A DNA stretch of 34,067 nt, taken from NCBI GenBank assembly GCA_964391495.1, contig CAYMMN010000001.1, positions 1 to 34,067 on the forward strand, given 5' to 3'. Origin of the DNA: an uncultured Flavobacteriales bacterium (GTDB taxonomy: Bacteria; Bacteroidota; Bacteroidia; AKYH767-A; 2013-40CM-41-45). A model generated the notes under the pieces. That model did not search any database. It was not told the origin of the DNA and saw nothing but the letters and a program-made list of their open reading frames with translations. This document shows positions 23,197 to 32,952 of the stretch, piece after piece. The first letter of the stretch is position 1, and each line of letters begins with the position of its first letter. A program made the position numbers and the translations under genes.

Positions 23197-23844
23197 ATGG
23201 CCAGCCCCAAAAAAAAGGAAGTCGATCCGAGCACTGAAGAAAAGATCAAAATCGCTGCCCGTAAATTGTTTACACAAAGAGGATTTGCAGCTGTAAAGAC
23301 GCGTGATATCGCCGATGAAGCCGGTATCAATCTGGCCCTGCTCAATTACTACTTCCGAAGTAAAGAAAAACTCTTCAACCTGATTATGGAAGAAAGTTTA
23401 CTTCGTTTTGTGGAAGGTATCGCAGAAAAATTCAATGATGAAACAACAAGTATTGAAGTAAAGATCCAACGACTGGTTTCAAGTTACATAGATCTTTTTT
23501 CACAATATCCTGATCTGCCCTTGTTTATATTAAGTGAATTGAGACAACATCCCGACAAGTTACCTGCTAAACTGGATATGATTGCCGGCATTGCACGTTC
23601 ATCCTTTGTCAAACAAATACGTGAAGCAATGAAAGAAGGCAAATTTCCCGAAATGAATGTCTTTCATTTCATGGCAAACATGATGAGTCTGATTGTATTT
23701 CCATTTGTAGCATCACCCATGCTTATGAAAATATCAGGGGTTTCTCAAAAACAATACAATGAAATGATGCAGGAAAGAAAAGAAATGATTCCGCTCTGGA
23801 TCAATTCAATGCTCAAAACAAAAGCGATAAAAAAATCACGTTAA
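23197..23844 (+). CDS. TetR/AcrR-family transcriptional regulator
   Basis: N-terminal HTH EEKIKIAARKLFTQRGFAAVKTRDIADEAGINLALLNYYFRSKEKLF. ATG at 23197 is preferred over the TTG at 23173. Confidence 0.9.
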   Translation: MASPKKKEVDPSTEEKIKIAARKLFTQRGFAAVKTRDIADEAGINLALLNYYFRSKEKLFNLIMEESLLRFVEGIAEKFNDETTSIEVKIQRLVSSYIDLFSQYPDLPLFILSELRQHPDKLPAKLDMIAGIARSSFVKQIREAMKEGKFPEMNVFHFMANMMSLIVFPFVASPMLMKISGVSQKQYNEMMQERKEMIPLWINSMLKTKAIKKSR

Positions 23845-23863
23845 CTCAGGTAAATTTTCAAAC

Positions 23864-25159
23864 ATGTTGAAGCATTCAATGGTTAACCAAATTTTCCCTC
23901 ACCTCCGTACTATTGGTTCGTGGATTGTTCTCGCAATCTTACCACTACAATTATTTTCACAATCCCTGAACCTGGATTCCTGTCAGCACCTGGCAAAAAT
24001 CAATTATCCACTTTCAAAACAATCGGAATTACTCTCCAAAAGCAGGGAGTATTCTCTTGATAACCTGAACAAAGGATTTTGGCCTCAGCTGAATATAGGA
24101 GGACAAGCCACCTATCAATCCGATGTAACAGAAATTCCATTGCGTCTTCCTGGAATTTCCATACCCTCTGTACCAAAAGATCAGTTTAAAATATATGGGG
24201 AAGTTAACCAACCCATTACTGATCTGATCACTGTAGGAAAACAGAAGGAAGTTCAACGCGCTCAGTCTTACGTACAAGCCGCCAATCTCGAAGTTGAATT
24301 GTACAAACTGAGAGATCGCGTGAATCAGCTCTATTTCGGTATTCTCATGATTGATGCGCAACTCAGGCAAAACGAACTTCTGAAAAATGATATTCAAACC
24401 GGTCTCAATAAAATTAATGCCGGTCTTGCCAATGGAACAGAATACAAAAGCAATTCAGATAAACTAAAAGCGGAGCTGTTACGTGCCAATCAAAAGACTA
24501 TTGAATTGAATGTAGCTCGAAAAGCATATCTTGAAATGCTTTCACAATTTATCCATGTAACACTACAGGAAAATACCATTCTCGAAACTCCGGCACAACA
24601 AACCATTGCAGCGAATATCAACCGTCCGGAGTTGAATTATTATTCAAGCCGTGACAAGAGCTTCGATGCGCAGAAAAAATTACTATCCGCACGAAATCTG
24701 CCGAAATTCGGTTTGTTTTTTCAGGGAGGATGGGGACAACCGTCTCCTGTAAATCTTCTCTCCAAGGATCTTTCCTCCTATTATATCGCCGGAATCCGTT
24801 TGAACTGGTCCGTCAGTGGTTTGTATACACTGCACAAAGAAAAAGCCCTGATTGAACTCGATCGGAAAATGAACGATTCACAAAAGGAAACCTTTCTCTT
24901 TAACACAACATCAACAAACTCTCAGATCAATGCGGAAATTAATAAACTGCAACTACTGCTGAATACGGATGATGAAATTGTGCAATTGAGAACATCAATC
25001 AAATCGAGAGCACAGGTACAGCTCGAAAACGGAATCATTACCACAAATGATTATCTGAAAGAAATTTCAGCAGAAGATCAGGCAAGACAAAATAAAATTC
25101 TTCATGAAATACAACTTCTTCTTGCACTCTATACACAACAATACACAACAGGCAATTAA
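23864..25159 (+). CDS. TolC-family outer-membrane efflux protein
   Basis: Signal-like N-terminus. Two-fold repeat of long coiled-coil segments with beta-strand motifs (GGQATYQSDV, GLFFQGGWG). Operon context with an HlyD adaptor and an ABC exporter. Confidence 0.85.
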   Translation: MLKHSMVNQIFPHLRTIGSWIVLAILPLQLFSQSLNLDSCQHLAKINYPLSKQSELLSKSREYSLDNLNKGFWPQLNIGGQATYQSDVTEIPLRLPGISIPSVPKDQFKIYGEVNQPITDLITVGKQKEVQRAQSYVQAANLEVELYKLRDRVNQLYFGILMIDAQLRQNELLKNDIQTGLNKINAGLANGTEYKSNSDKLKAELLRANQKTIELNVARKAYLEMLSQFIHVTLQENTILETPAQQTIAANINRPELNYYSSRDKSFDAQKKLLSARNLPKFGLFFQGGWGQPSPVNLLSKDLSSYYIAGIRLNWSVSGLYTLHKEKALIELDRKMNDSQKETFLFNTTSTNSQINAEINKLQLLLNTDDEIVQLRTSIKSRAQVQLENGIITTNDYLKEISAEDQARQNKILHEIQLLLALYTQQYTTGN

Positions 25160-25181
25160 TTCATATTATCCTTCCCACGCT

Positions 25182-26072
25182 ATGAAATCCATTTCATTCC
25201 TAACTCTCCTGAGTCTTTTGCTTTTCTCCTGCAACCGGAACCAGATCAATTTTGATGCGTCCGGGTCCTTTGAAACAGAAGAAACAATTATTTCTTCTGA
25301 AGTAACCGGAGCATTGCTTCAATTCAACATTGAAGAAGGACAAACTTTAAAAGCCGGAGATGTGATCGGATACATCGACAGTACACAATTGTTTCTGAAA
25401 AGAAAACAATTGGAATCACAAATTCGCTCGACCCTCAGTCAGCGTCCTGATATATCTACACAGATCGCTTCCCTGCAAATACAGCTTGCCTCAGCAGAAC
25501 GCGAACAAAAACGCTTGAGTAATCTTGTAAAAGCAGAAGCGGCTACACAAAAACAACTGGACGATGCGACAGCACAGGTGGATGTAATCAAAAAACAACT
25601 TGCTGCACAGCAGTCGGCTCTTTCAATTACATCCGAAAGCATTACCCAGCAAACGAATCCACTGGAAGTTCAAATCGAACAAATCAATGATCAACTCTCC
25701 AAATGCAAACTGGTAAACCCGGTGAATGGAACGGTTCTTACAAAATATGCCGAATCAAAAGAAATGACCACGACGGGAAAAGCATTGTATAAGATCGCGG
25801 ATCTCTCTGAATTGTATCTGAGAGCTTATGTCAGTGGTGCTCAACTTAGTCAAATCAAACTCAATCAAAATGTAAAAGTATTTACTGATGACGGGGCGAA
25901 AAATCTCAAAGAGTATGCCGGCACAATCGTTTGGATCAGTGATAAAGCTGAATTCACACCCAAAACAATTCAAACCAAGGAAGAAAGATCCAATATGGTG
26001 TATGCTCTGAAAGTAAAAGTAAAAAATGACGGTTTACTTAAGATCGGCATGTATGGCGAGATCAAATTTTGA
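25182..26072 (+). CDS. HlyD-family periplasmic adaptor (membrane fusion) lipoprotein
   Basis: Lipobox LLFSC. Lipoyl-like VKAGDVIGYID, a long coiled coil (QLESQIR...AEREQKRL...QLDDATAQVDVIKKQL), and beta-barrel motifs (PVNGTVL, VWISDKAEFTPK). Confidence 0.88.
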   Translation: MKSISFLTLLSLLLFSCNRNQINFDASGSFETEETIISSEVTGALLQFNIEEGQTLKAGDVIGYIDSTQLFLKRKQLESQIRSTLSQRPDISTQIASLQIQLASAEREQKRLSNLVKAEAATQKQLDDATAQVDVIKKQLAAQQSALSITSESITQQTNPLEVQIEQINDQLSKCKLVNPVNGTVLTKYAESKEMTTTGKALYKIADLSELYLRAYVSGAQLSQIKLNQNVKVFTDDGAKNLKEYAGTIVWISDKAEFTPKTIQTKEERSNMVYALKVKVKNDGLLKIGMYGEIKF

Positions 26073-26096
26073 GGCTCCAAATCCTAAAACAAAACA

Positions 26097-27032
26097 ATGG
26101 TTGCTGTTGAGCACATAATCAAAACGTACAATAAAGGTCTCGTGAAGGCGGTAAATGATGTTTCATTTAAAGTCGACAAAGGCGAAATTTTTGGATTGAT
26201 TGGACCTGATGGTGCCGGGAAAACAAGTTTGTTTCGCATGCTCACTACCTTACTCCTGCCTGACGGAGGAAAAGGAACCGTATCCGGATTTGACATTGTG
26301 AAAGATTATAAAAAGATCCGGGAAAGTGTCGGCTATATGCCCGGAAAATTTTCCCTGTACCAGGATCTTACCGTTGAAGAGAACCTCTCCTTTTTTGCGA
26401 CAATATTCGGCACTACCATTCAGGAGAATTACGATTTGATCAAAGATATATACGTTCAGATAGAACCATTCAAAAAAAGAAAAGCCGGACAGCTTTCGGG
26501 AGGAATGAAACAAAAGCTGGCATTGAGTTGTGCTTTGATTCACAAACCTTCCGTGCTTTTTCTGGATGAACCTACCACAGGAGTCGATGCAGTTTCCAGA
26601 ACAGAATTCTGGGAAATGCTGAAACGGCTGAAACAACAAGGGATTACAATCCTTGTTTCCACGCCATACATGGATGAAGCCTCACTGTGTGATCGCATCG
26701 CGCTTATTCAATCGGGGAAAATTCTCTCCATCAATACGCCTCCGAATATTATTGCAGCCTACGGTGAAAAACTCTATGGAATTAAATCTGATCGCATGTA
26801 CGATCTTTTGAAAGACCTGAGAAAATCCGCGTTGGTTGACAGTTGCAATGCTTTTGGAGAATTCCTGCACATTACCTTCAAATCAAAAGAGGACAAAAGA
26901 AAAGAGTTGCTTTATGAATTAAAAAATCTCGGGCACTTGAATCCTGAATTCATCGAAACAGAACCAAAGATCGAGGATTGCTTTATCAAATTGATGAAAC
27001 AACCTTCTGATTCAGAAATTTTAGCCTCCTGA
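26097..27032 (+). CDS. ABC transporter ATP-binding protein (NBD1; canonical signature, degenerate Q- and H-loops)
   Basis: Walker A GPDGAGKTS, signature LSGGMKQKL, Walker B VLFLDEPTTGVD. The Q-loop position reads GYMPGKF (Gly instead of Gln) and the H-loop reads VSTPYMDEA (Pro instead of His). Confidence 0.9.
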   Translation: MVAVEHIIKTYNKGLVKAVNDVSFKVDKGEIFGLIGPDGAGKTSLFRMLTTLLLPDGGKGTVSGFDIVKDYKKIRESVGYMPGKFSLYQDLTVEENLSFFATIFGTTIQENYDLIKDIYVQIEPFKKRKAGQLSGGMKQKLALSCALIHKPSVLFLDEPTTGVDAVSRTEFWEMLKRLKQQGITILVSTPYMDEASLCDRIALIQSGKILSINTPPNIIAAYGEKLYGIKSDRMYDLLKDLRKSALVDSCNAFGEFLHITFKSKEDKRKELLYELKNLGHLNPEFIETEPKIEDCFIKLMKQPSDSEILAS

Positions 27033-27772
27033 TGTCGCAACCGGTTATTTATACAAATAAACTCACCAAGAAATTCGGAGACTTCATCGCCGCGAATGAA
27101 CTAAGCTTTGAAGTTCAACCGGGTGAAATCTTTGGTTTCCTCGGGGCGAATGGAGCCGGGAAAACCACCGCAATGCGAATGCTGTGCGGCTTGCTTGTCC
27201 CTTCTTCCGGGGAAGCACATGTAGCCGGATTTGATGTATACAAGCAAAGAGAAAAAATAAAACAGAATATCGGATACATGAGTCAAAAATTCTCTTTGTA
27301 CGAAGATCTCACCGTTTCCGAGAATATAAAATTCTATGCCGGAATTTATGGCTTGAGCAACTCTGAAATAAAAGAAAAGACCGACAAGTTGTTGAAACAA
27401 CTGGATCTGGAAAGCGAAGCGAACCAACTTGTGAGCAGTTTGCCTCTAGGCTGGAGACAAAAACTTTCCTTTTCCGTTGCCATCATCCATGAGCCCCGGA
27501 TTGTATTTCTTGATGAACCAACAGGCGGTGTTGATCCGGTAACGCGCCGACAATTCTGGGATCTGATCTACGATGCTTCAAGTCGGGGTATCACCGCATT
27601 TGTGACTACACATTATATGGACGAAGCAGAATATTGCAACCGGATTTCAATTATGGTGGATGGTGTTATTGAAGCATTGGACAGTCCGGTGAATTTGAAG
27701 AAAAAATTCAACGCGGTTTCAATGGACGATGTCTTCCGCCAATTGGCGAGAAGGGCGACAAGAAGTGAATAG
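27032..27772 (+). CDS. ABC transporter ATP-binding protein (NBD2; degenerate signature, canonical Q- and H-loops)
   Basis: Walker A GANGAGKTT, Q-loop GYMSQKF, Walker B VFLDEPTGGVD, H-loop VTTHYMDEA. The signature is LPLGWRQKL instead of LSGGQ. TGATG overlap with NBD1. Confidence 0.9.
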   Translation: MSQPVIYTNKLTKKFGDFIAANELSFEVQPGEIFGFLGANGAGKTTAMRMLCGLLVPSSGEAHVAGFDVYKQREKIKQNIGYMSQKFSLYEDLTVSENIKFYAGIYGLSNSEIKEKTDKLLKQLDLESEANQLVSSLPLGWRQKLSFSVAIIHEPRIVFLDEPTGGVDPVTRRQFWDLIYDASSRGITAFVTTHYMDEAEYCNRISIMVDGVIEALDSPVNLKKKFNAVSMDDVFRQLARRATRSE

Positions 27773-27803
27773 GGATTGAATGAAATTTATTCTCTGAAAA
27801 ATA

Positions 27804-28910
27804 ATGAAGCAGCTTTTATCATTTGTAAAAAAAGAATTCTATCATGTTTTCCGTGACAGGAAAACATTGCTGATGTTGTTCGGTTTACCAATCGCGCAGA
27901 TAATTCTTTTTGGTTTTGCTCTTACCAATGAAATAAAAAACGCGAAAATTATTGTTGTGGATTATGCCAAGGATCTGAAAAGCCGCGAAATCATCGACAA
28001 GCTGGAAGCAAGTAAATATTTTGATATTGAAAAATCACTGGCAAGTCAGAGAGACATTGAAGAGTCATTCAAAGAAGGAAAAATCAAAATAGCTGTAATT
28101 TTCCCTTTGAATTTTTCCGCTGATCTTGCCAGAACAAATAAAGCCAGCATCCAGGTAATAGCCGATGCTTCCGATATCAACACCGCCACAACGCTGACGA
28201 ATTACATCAGCGCTATCGTAACGGATTACCAATCGCAATTAAACAAAGGAAGTAAAATGCCATATCGCATTCTTCCCGAGATCCGAATGTTATACAACCC
28301 TCAACTGAAAGGAGAGCATACTTTTATTCCGGGGATGATGGCTATGATCATGATGTTGATCTGTGTGATGATGACAGCAATAGCTATTGTCAGGGAAAAA
28401 GAACTCGGAACCATGGAAATTCTTTTGGTTTCCCCTTTTAAACCAATGATGGTGATTGTTTCCAAATTTGTTCCTTATCTGTTGATATCACTTGTGAACA
28501 TCACCTCTATCCTTTTACTGAGCACATTCTTTCTCAATCTTCCGGTACAGGGAAGTATCGTGTTGTTGTATGCCATCAGCCTTGTATTTATAATAACTTC
28601 ATTATGTCTGGGGCTTTTGATTTCCATTAAATCAGAGTCCCAGCAAACAGCCATGTTCATTTCATTGATGGCAACCCTGTTACCGACATTGTTGTTGAGC
28701 GGATTTCTTTTTCCCATTGAAAACATGCCGCTTCCCCTTCGAACTATTTCCAATGTGGTTCCTTCAAAATGGTTTTACATCATCGTAAAATCAATCATGA
28801 TTAAGGGATCCGGTTTTCAGTCTGTTTGGAAAGAAACGCTGATCCTCTCAGGAATGGCAGTTGCACTACTGATGATTAGTATACGCAGTTTTAAAATCCG
28901 ACTGGCATGA
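27804..28910 (+). CDS. ABC-2-type transporter permease (YbhS/YbhR-like)
   Basis: N-terminal TM, a large extracytoplasmic domain, then a C-terminal bundle of 5 TM helices. Follows the two NBD genes. Confidence 0.85.
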   Translation: MKQLLSFVKKEFYHVFRDRKTLLMLFGLPIAQIILFGFALTNEIKNAKIIVVDYAKDLKSREIIDKLEASKYFDIEKSLASQRDIEESFKEGKIKIAVIFPLNFSADLARTNKASIQVIADASDINTATTLTNYISAIVTDYQSQLNKGSKMPYRILPEIRMLYNPQLKGEHTFIPGMMAMIMMLICVMMTAIAIVREKELGTMEILLVSPFKPMMVIVSKFVPYLLISLVNITSILLLSTFFLNLPVQGSIVLLYAISLVFIITSLCLGLLISIKSESQQTAMFISLMATLLPTLLLSGFLFPIENMPLPLRTISNVVPSKWFYIIVKSIMIKGSGFQSVWKETLILSGMAVALLMISIRSFKIRLA

Positions 28911-30025
28911 GAACTATTCGATTTCTCCTTCAAAAAGAGTTCCGTCAGATCTTTCGAAACAAAACTTTGTTGCGTGCTATACTGATGGCACCCCTGATGC
29001 AGCTGATGGTTTTACCCTGGGCGGCAAATTATGAAGTAAAAAATATTTCTCTTTCAATTGTCGACAACGACCATTCAATCGAATCGCAACGAATGATTTC
29101 TAAAATCAGGTCGTCCGGCTATTTCATTTTATCTTCCTACAATTCAAGTTTCAAGGAAGCGTATCAGCTCATCGAACAAGACAAAGCAGACATCGTACTT
29201 GAAATCCCATCTCATTTTGAAAGAAACCTGATTCGTGAGGGCGAACAGAAACTCTACATCGCAGCCAATGCGATCAATGGACCCAAAGCTCTGGTAGGAA
29301 GTGGTTATCTGAGTGGAATTGTAGCCGCATACAATGCTGAGGTAAGAATGCAATGGATCCAACCGACGAAGTTAAACCCGCTCCCTTCATTTGAAATTGT
29401 CTCCTCAAACTGGTACAATCCGCTGATGAATTATAAAATCTTTATGGTTCCGGGAATTCTTGTACTTCTGGTCACTATGGTTGGAAGTATGATGTGCGCG
29501 ATGAACATTGTGAAGGAAAAGGAAATAGGAACCATCGAACAGATCAATGTTACTCCAATTCGAAAACTTCACTTTATCCTGGGTAAACTCATCCCGTTCT
29601 GGGTGCTTGGGATTGTCGTTTTCACTATGGGAATGATCATTGCCCGACTGGTCTATGGGATCAATCCGGTTGGAAATATTTTATTGGTGTATGCATTTTT
29701 GTCCATTTACCTTGTGGCTATTCTGGGACTGGGCCTATTGATTTCCACCTATTCCTCTACTCAGCAGCAGGCCATGTCGGTTTCATTTTTCTTCATCATG
29801 ATTTTTAATCTGTTGAGTGGCCTGTTCACACCGATCGAAAGTATGCCCGGATGGGCTCAGGTGATCGCCAAACTGAACCCGGTAACCTATTTCATAGAAG
29901 TGATGAGAATGGTGGTACTCAAGGGAAGTACTTTTCACAACATCACTCATCACATCCTGATCATCCTCTTGTTTGCTCTTGTCTTTAATGGTTGGGCAAT
30001 CCTCAACTATAGAAAAACGTCCTAA
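28907..30025 (+). CDS. ABC-2-type transporter permease (paralog of the preceding gene)
   Basis: Same architecture as 27804-28910 (FRNKTLLRAILMAPLMQLMV..., EKEIGTIEQINVTP). 4-nt overlap. Confidence 0.85.
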   Translation: MRTIRFLLQKEFRQIFRNKTLLRAILMAPLMQLMVLPWAANYEVKNISLSIVDNDHSIESQRMISKIRSSGYFILSSYNSSFKEAYQLIEQDKADIVLEIPSHFERNLIREGEQKLYIAANAINGPKALVGSGYLSGIVAAYNAEVRMQWIQPTKLNPLPSFEIVSSNWYNPLMNYKIFMVPGILVLLVTMVGSMMCAMNIVKEKEIGTIEQINVTPIRKLHFILGKLIPFWVLGIVVFTMGMIIARLVYGINPVGNILLVYAFLSIYLVAILGLGLLISTYSSTQQQAMSVSFFFIMIFNLLSGLFTPIESMPGWAQVIAKLNPVTYFIEVMRMVVLKGSTFHNITHHILIILLFALVFNGWAILNYRKTS

Positions 30026-30186
30026 AATTGTCAGCCGGGACCCGGTTACATTACCCTGATCCGGGCACTTTTAACAACCCAATTCTTAGTAAATATCAGA
30101 AATCAGGTCATTTGGCCGCAGTGAATTTTCTATTTTTACCTTTATTCACACTTGTCGTCTGAAGCCGGCAAATGATCCAGATAAGC

Positions 30187-31596
30187 ATGCGGAATTATTA
30201 CATCAGGAAAATTCTTTATTTCATCCCTTCAGTTTTCCTGCTGTTGTTTTGCGCGTTTCTATTGATTCACCTGTGCCCCGGAGATCCGGTTGAAAGAATG
30301 CTTCAATCAGGAAATAATGAAGATGAGTCTTCTGCTACTTCTATTGTTCATGAAAAAGAAAAAGCATACTGGACGCATCGTCTTGGATTCGATCAACCCT
30401 TGTTTTATTTCAGCTTACACACCAAAGCAGAGCCGGACACGCTCTACAAAATAGCATCCGGGAAGGAACGAAAGTCATTGACTTGTCTCCTGAGAGAAAA
30501 TGGAAACACCGAAGCCATCATGAACTATTACCGGCTTTGGAAAGAAATGTCTGATGGAAGAGACCAGAGCAATCCTGAATTTACATCTTCCATTCGCTCA
30601 CTTTTTAACTATGCTTCCTTTGAGGAACAAAAGAACCACCTGCAAAATCTTCAGTTGTCAATTAAAAATGATTCATCAGGATTGGCAGCAATTGCCCAAC
30701 TTCAAAATAATATTCAGAATATTCAGTCACATACTGCACATTTTCGCAAGTGGATTCCCTGTATTAGTTTCAATGGAAGAAATCAGTTTCATTCCTATTT
30801 GTTTGGTGATGATAAAGGTAATAAAGGTGTATTACGTGGAGATTGGGGAATTTCTTATGTAAGCAAACAACCTGTATTGTCGCTTATTGTTGATCGTATT
30901 GGCTGGACTTTGTTTTTTACGCTCACCTCGGTGTTATTCAGCTTTTTGATAAGTATACCTGTTGCTCTGAAATCCGCTGCAAAACCGGGAAAGAGATTTG
31001 ATAAAAACACTTCATTACTGTTTACCATTCTATATTCCCTCCCTGCATTTTGGCTCGCTACTTTACTCATGATGTTTTTTTGTAATCCGGATATTCTCAA
31101 TTTACTTCCGGCTTCAGGCATAAAACCGATTACCGGATACCCTGCCGACAGCGGCTTTTTCAATAAAGTTCTAATATCATTGCCTTACTTAATTCTTCCT
31201 ACTTTCTGTTATACATACAGCTCCTTTGCTTTTGTCACAAGAAGCATTCGTGCGAATGCATTGGATGTATTTAAAAAGGATTATATCAAAACTGCAAGAG
31301 CAAAAGGACTGGATGAAAAAACCGTATTGTGGCGTCATGTCTTCAGAAATAGTCTGCTTCCGATTATAACCATGCTCTCGAATGTTTTTCCCTTCGCAAT
31401 CAGTGGCTCTATCATTCTGGAAACAGTATTTACAATTCCGGGAATGGGATTAGCAATGTATCAAAGTGTGGATGCACTGGATTATCCGGTGATCCTCGCA
31501 ATCTTTACAATCACCGGAATCATCACCATTGCCGGATTTTTAATTACTGATATTCTGTATTCCTTCGCTGACCCACGTATTAATTTGCAGAAATAA
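30187..31596 (+). CDS. Dpp/Opp-type ABC importer permease (DppB/OppB-like) with a roughly 140-aa periplasmic insertion
   Basis: N-terminal ILYFIPSVF...HLCPGDPVERM, RLGFDQPLFY ... LRGDWGISY, and the EAA-type region YIKTARAKGLDEKTVLWRHVFRNSLLPIIT. The insertion spans about 30411-30830. Confidence 0.85.
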   Translation: MRNYYIRKILYFIPSVFLLLFCAFLLIHLCPGDPVERMLQSGNNEDESSATSIVHEKEKAYWTHRLGFDQPLFYFSLHTKAEPDTLYKIASGKERKSLTCLLRENGNTEAIMNYYRLWKEMSDGRDQSNPEFTSSIRSLFNYASFEEQKNHLQNLQLSIKNDSSGLAAIAQLQNNIQNIQSHTAHFRKWIPCISFNGRNQFHSYLFGDDKGNKGVLRGDWGISYVSKQPVLSLIVDRIGWTLFFTLTSVLFSFLISIPVALKSAAKPGKRFDKNTSLLFTILYSLPAFWLATLLMMFFCNPDILNLLPASGIKPITGYPADSGFFNKVLISLPYLILPTFCYTYSSFAFVTRSIRANALDVFKKDYIKTARAKGLDEKTVLWRHVFRNSLLPIITMLSNVFPFAISGSIILETVFTIPGMGLAMYQSVDALDYPVILAIFTITGIITIAGFLITDILYSFADPRINLQK

Positions 31597-31597
31597 T

Positions 31598-32875
31598 ATG
31601 GAACAGCTGAAATTCAGGAAAAATATTTTTCGTAAGCTGCCACGGTTACCATTGATCGTGCTTTCCATTTTTCTTTTTATCGCCATTGCAGGCCCAATCC
31701 TTTCCAATGAAAAACCTGTTTTGTTAATACAGCATGGACATATTAGCTTTCCTGCTTTTTCAAATGATCCTTATATTACTATACATTCTCAGGATGGGAG
31801 TTCAATTAGCGTTCGCACAGATAATATCCGATGGGATACGCTCCGTGAAGGTTTTGTCCTTATGCCGCTTATTCCCTATTCAGCCGGAAAATCAGATCTC
31901 AACAACAGTAATTTTAAGTCTCCCTTTGAGAAACAATTTATAAGTACTAAAGAAGGGATTAAAGAACTATCATTCAGAAAGCGACACCATCTTGGCACCG
32001 GGAATCTTGGAAATGATCTTCTGGCAGGACTGATTGAAGGAACCCGCATTTCTCTAACCATTGGAATCGGCTCCATGATCATCGCATTGTTGATTGGAAC
32101 TTTATTAGGTCTTCTCTCCGGATATTACGGGAACTCGTTTTTGAAATTAAAAAGAATTTCCGCAATACTAATACTCTTATTATTACTCCCAGCCTGGTTC
32201 TATTTTTTCGAACTTCGCTCCTACTCAATTCAACAGAGTTTTGATAAGTCTGTTCTTTTTGGAATGGCGAATATTCTCTTTTCCTTATCTGGTTTTCTGA
32301 TTTTCATTCTTGTCCCGGCAAATTTAATTTCAAGGTTTCAATTTCCCGGTTGGCTGAATAATAAGGTGTTTGTGCCTGTTGATGCAGTGATTAACAGAGT
32401 TATTGAATTGTTTCTTTCCCTTCCAAGAATCGTCGTTCTTATCACTTTTGCTTTGATCTTCAGGCCATCCGTTTTGTCTGTCATTCTGATCATCGGACTT
32501 ACTTCATGGACATCCATTGCGCGTATGGTAAGGGCCTTGGTGATGTCACAACGCGAATCCGGATTTATAGATGCAGGAAGATCAATAGGTGTTCCCGGCT
32601 GGAGATTATTTTTGTTTCATTTGCTCCCTTCTACTTATTCTCAACTTAAAGTATTCCTGATTTATGGTGTGGCCTCCGCGATACTTGCTGAGACAGGACT
32701 TTCATTCTTAGGAATTGGAGTTCCGCAGGGAATCGTCACCTGGGGACAATTGCTTTATGAAGGAAAAGAAAATGTTAATGCCTGGTGGCTGATTCTTTTC
32801 CCCGGACTTTGCATTTTCCTGTTGCTAGCTTCATTGAATACGCTGGCAGACAGACTGGAAAAATCAGAAAACTAA
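31598..32875 (+). CDS. Dpp/Opp-type ABC importer permease (DppC/OppC-like) with extended N-terminal loop and an internal insertion of two predicted helices
   Basis: HLGTGNLGNDLLAGLIEG, SGYYG....VDAVINRVIELFLSLPRIV, FIDAGRSIGVPGWRLFLFHLLP. About 80 aa (nt about 32132-32374) interrupt the usually contiguous GYxGG-x-D motif region. Confidence 0.85.
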   Translation: MEQLKFRKNIFRKLPRLPLIVLSIFLFIAIAGPILSNEKPVLLIQHGHISFPAFSNDPYITIHSQDGSSISVRTDNIRWDTLREGFVLMPLIPYSAGKSDLNNSNFKSPFEKQFISTKEGIKELSFRKRHHLGTGNLGNDLLAGLIEGTRISLTIGIGSMIIALLIGTLLGLLSGYYGNSFLKLKRISAILILLLLLPAWFYFFELRSYSIQQSFDKSVLFGMANILFSLSGFLIFILVPANLISRFQFPGWLNNKVFVPVDAVINRVIELFLSLPRIVVLITFALIFRPSVLSVILIIGLTSWTSIARMVRALVMSQRESGFIDAGRSIGVPGWRLFLFHLLPSTYSQLKVFLIYGVASAILAETGLSFLGIGVPQGIVTWGQLLYEGKENVNAWWLILFPGLCIFLLLASLNTLADRLEKSEN

Positions 32876-32895
32876 AACCACACCGGATCAAAAAC

Positions 32896-32930
32896 AAGGG
32901 GCGCAAAGGATAGAAATCCTTGCGCCCCTT
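32896..32930. terminator. bidirectional intrinsic terminator hairpin between convergent genes
   Basis: AAGGGGCGCAAAGGA (32896-32910) - tagaaa - TCCTTGCGCCCCTT (32917-32930). This is a 14-bp GC-rich stem with one bulged A, flanked by A-rich sequence upstream and T/C-rich sequence downstream. Confidence 0.75.
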
Positions 32931-32952
32931 CGCTATTCCCTAAACAAAGGTT

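Noticed and set aside
30026-30186. Possible terminator or regulatory palindrome CCGGGACCCGG / CCCGG...CCGGG after the ABC-2 operon
   Set aside because: The first palindrome has a 1-nt loop, which is sterically impossible as a hairpin. The alternative has only a 5-bp stem with a 16-nt loop. This is too weak to call.
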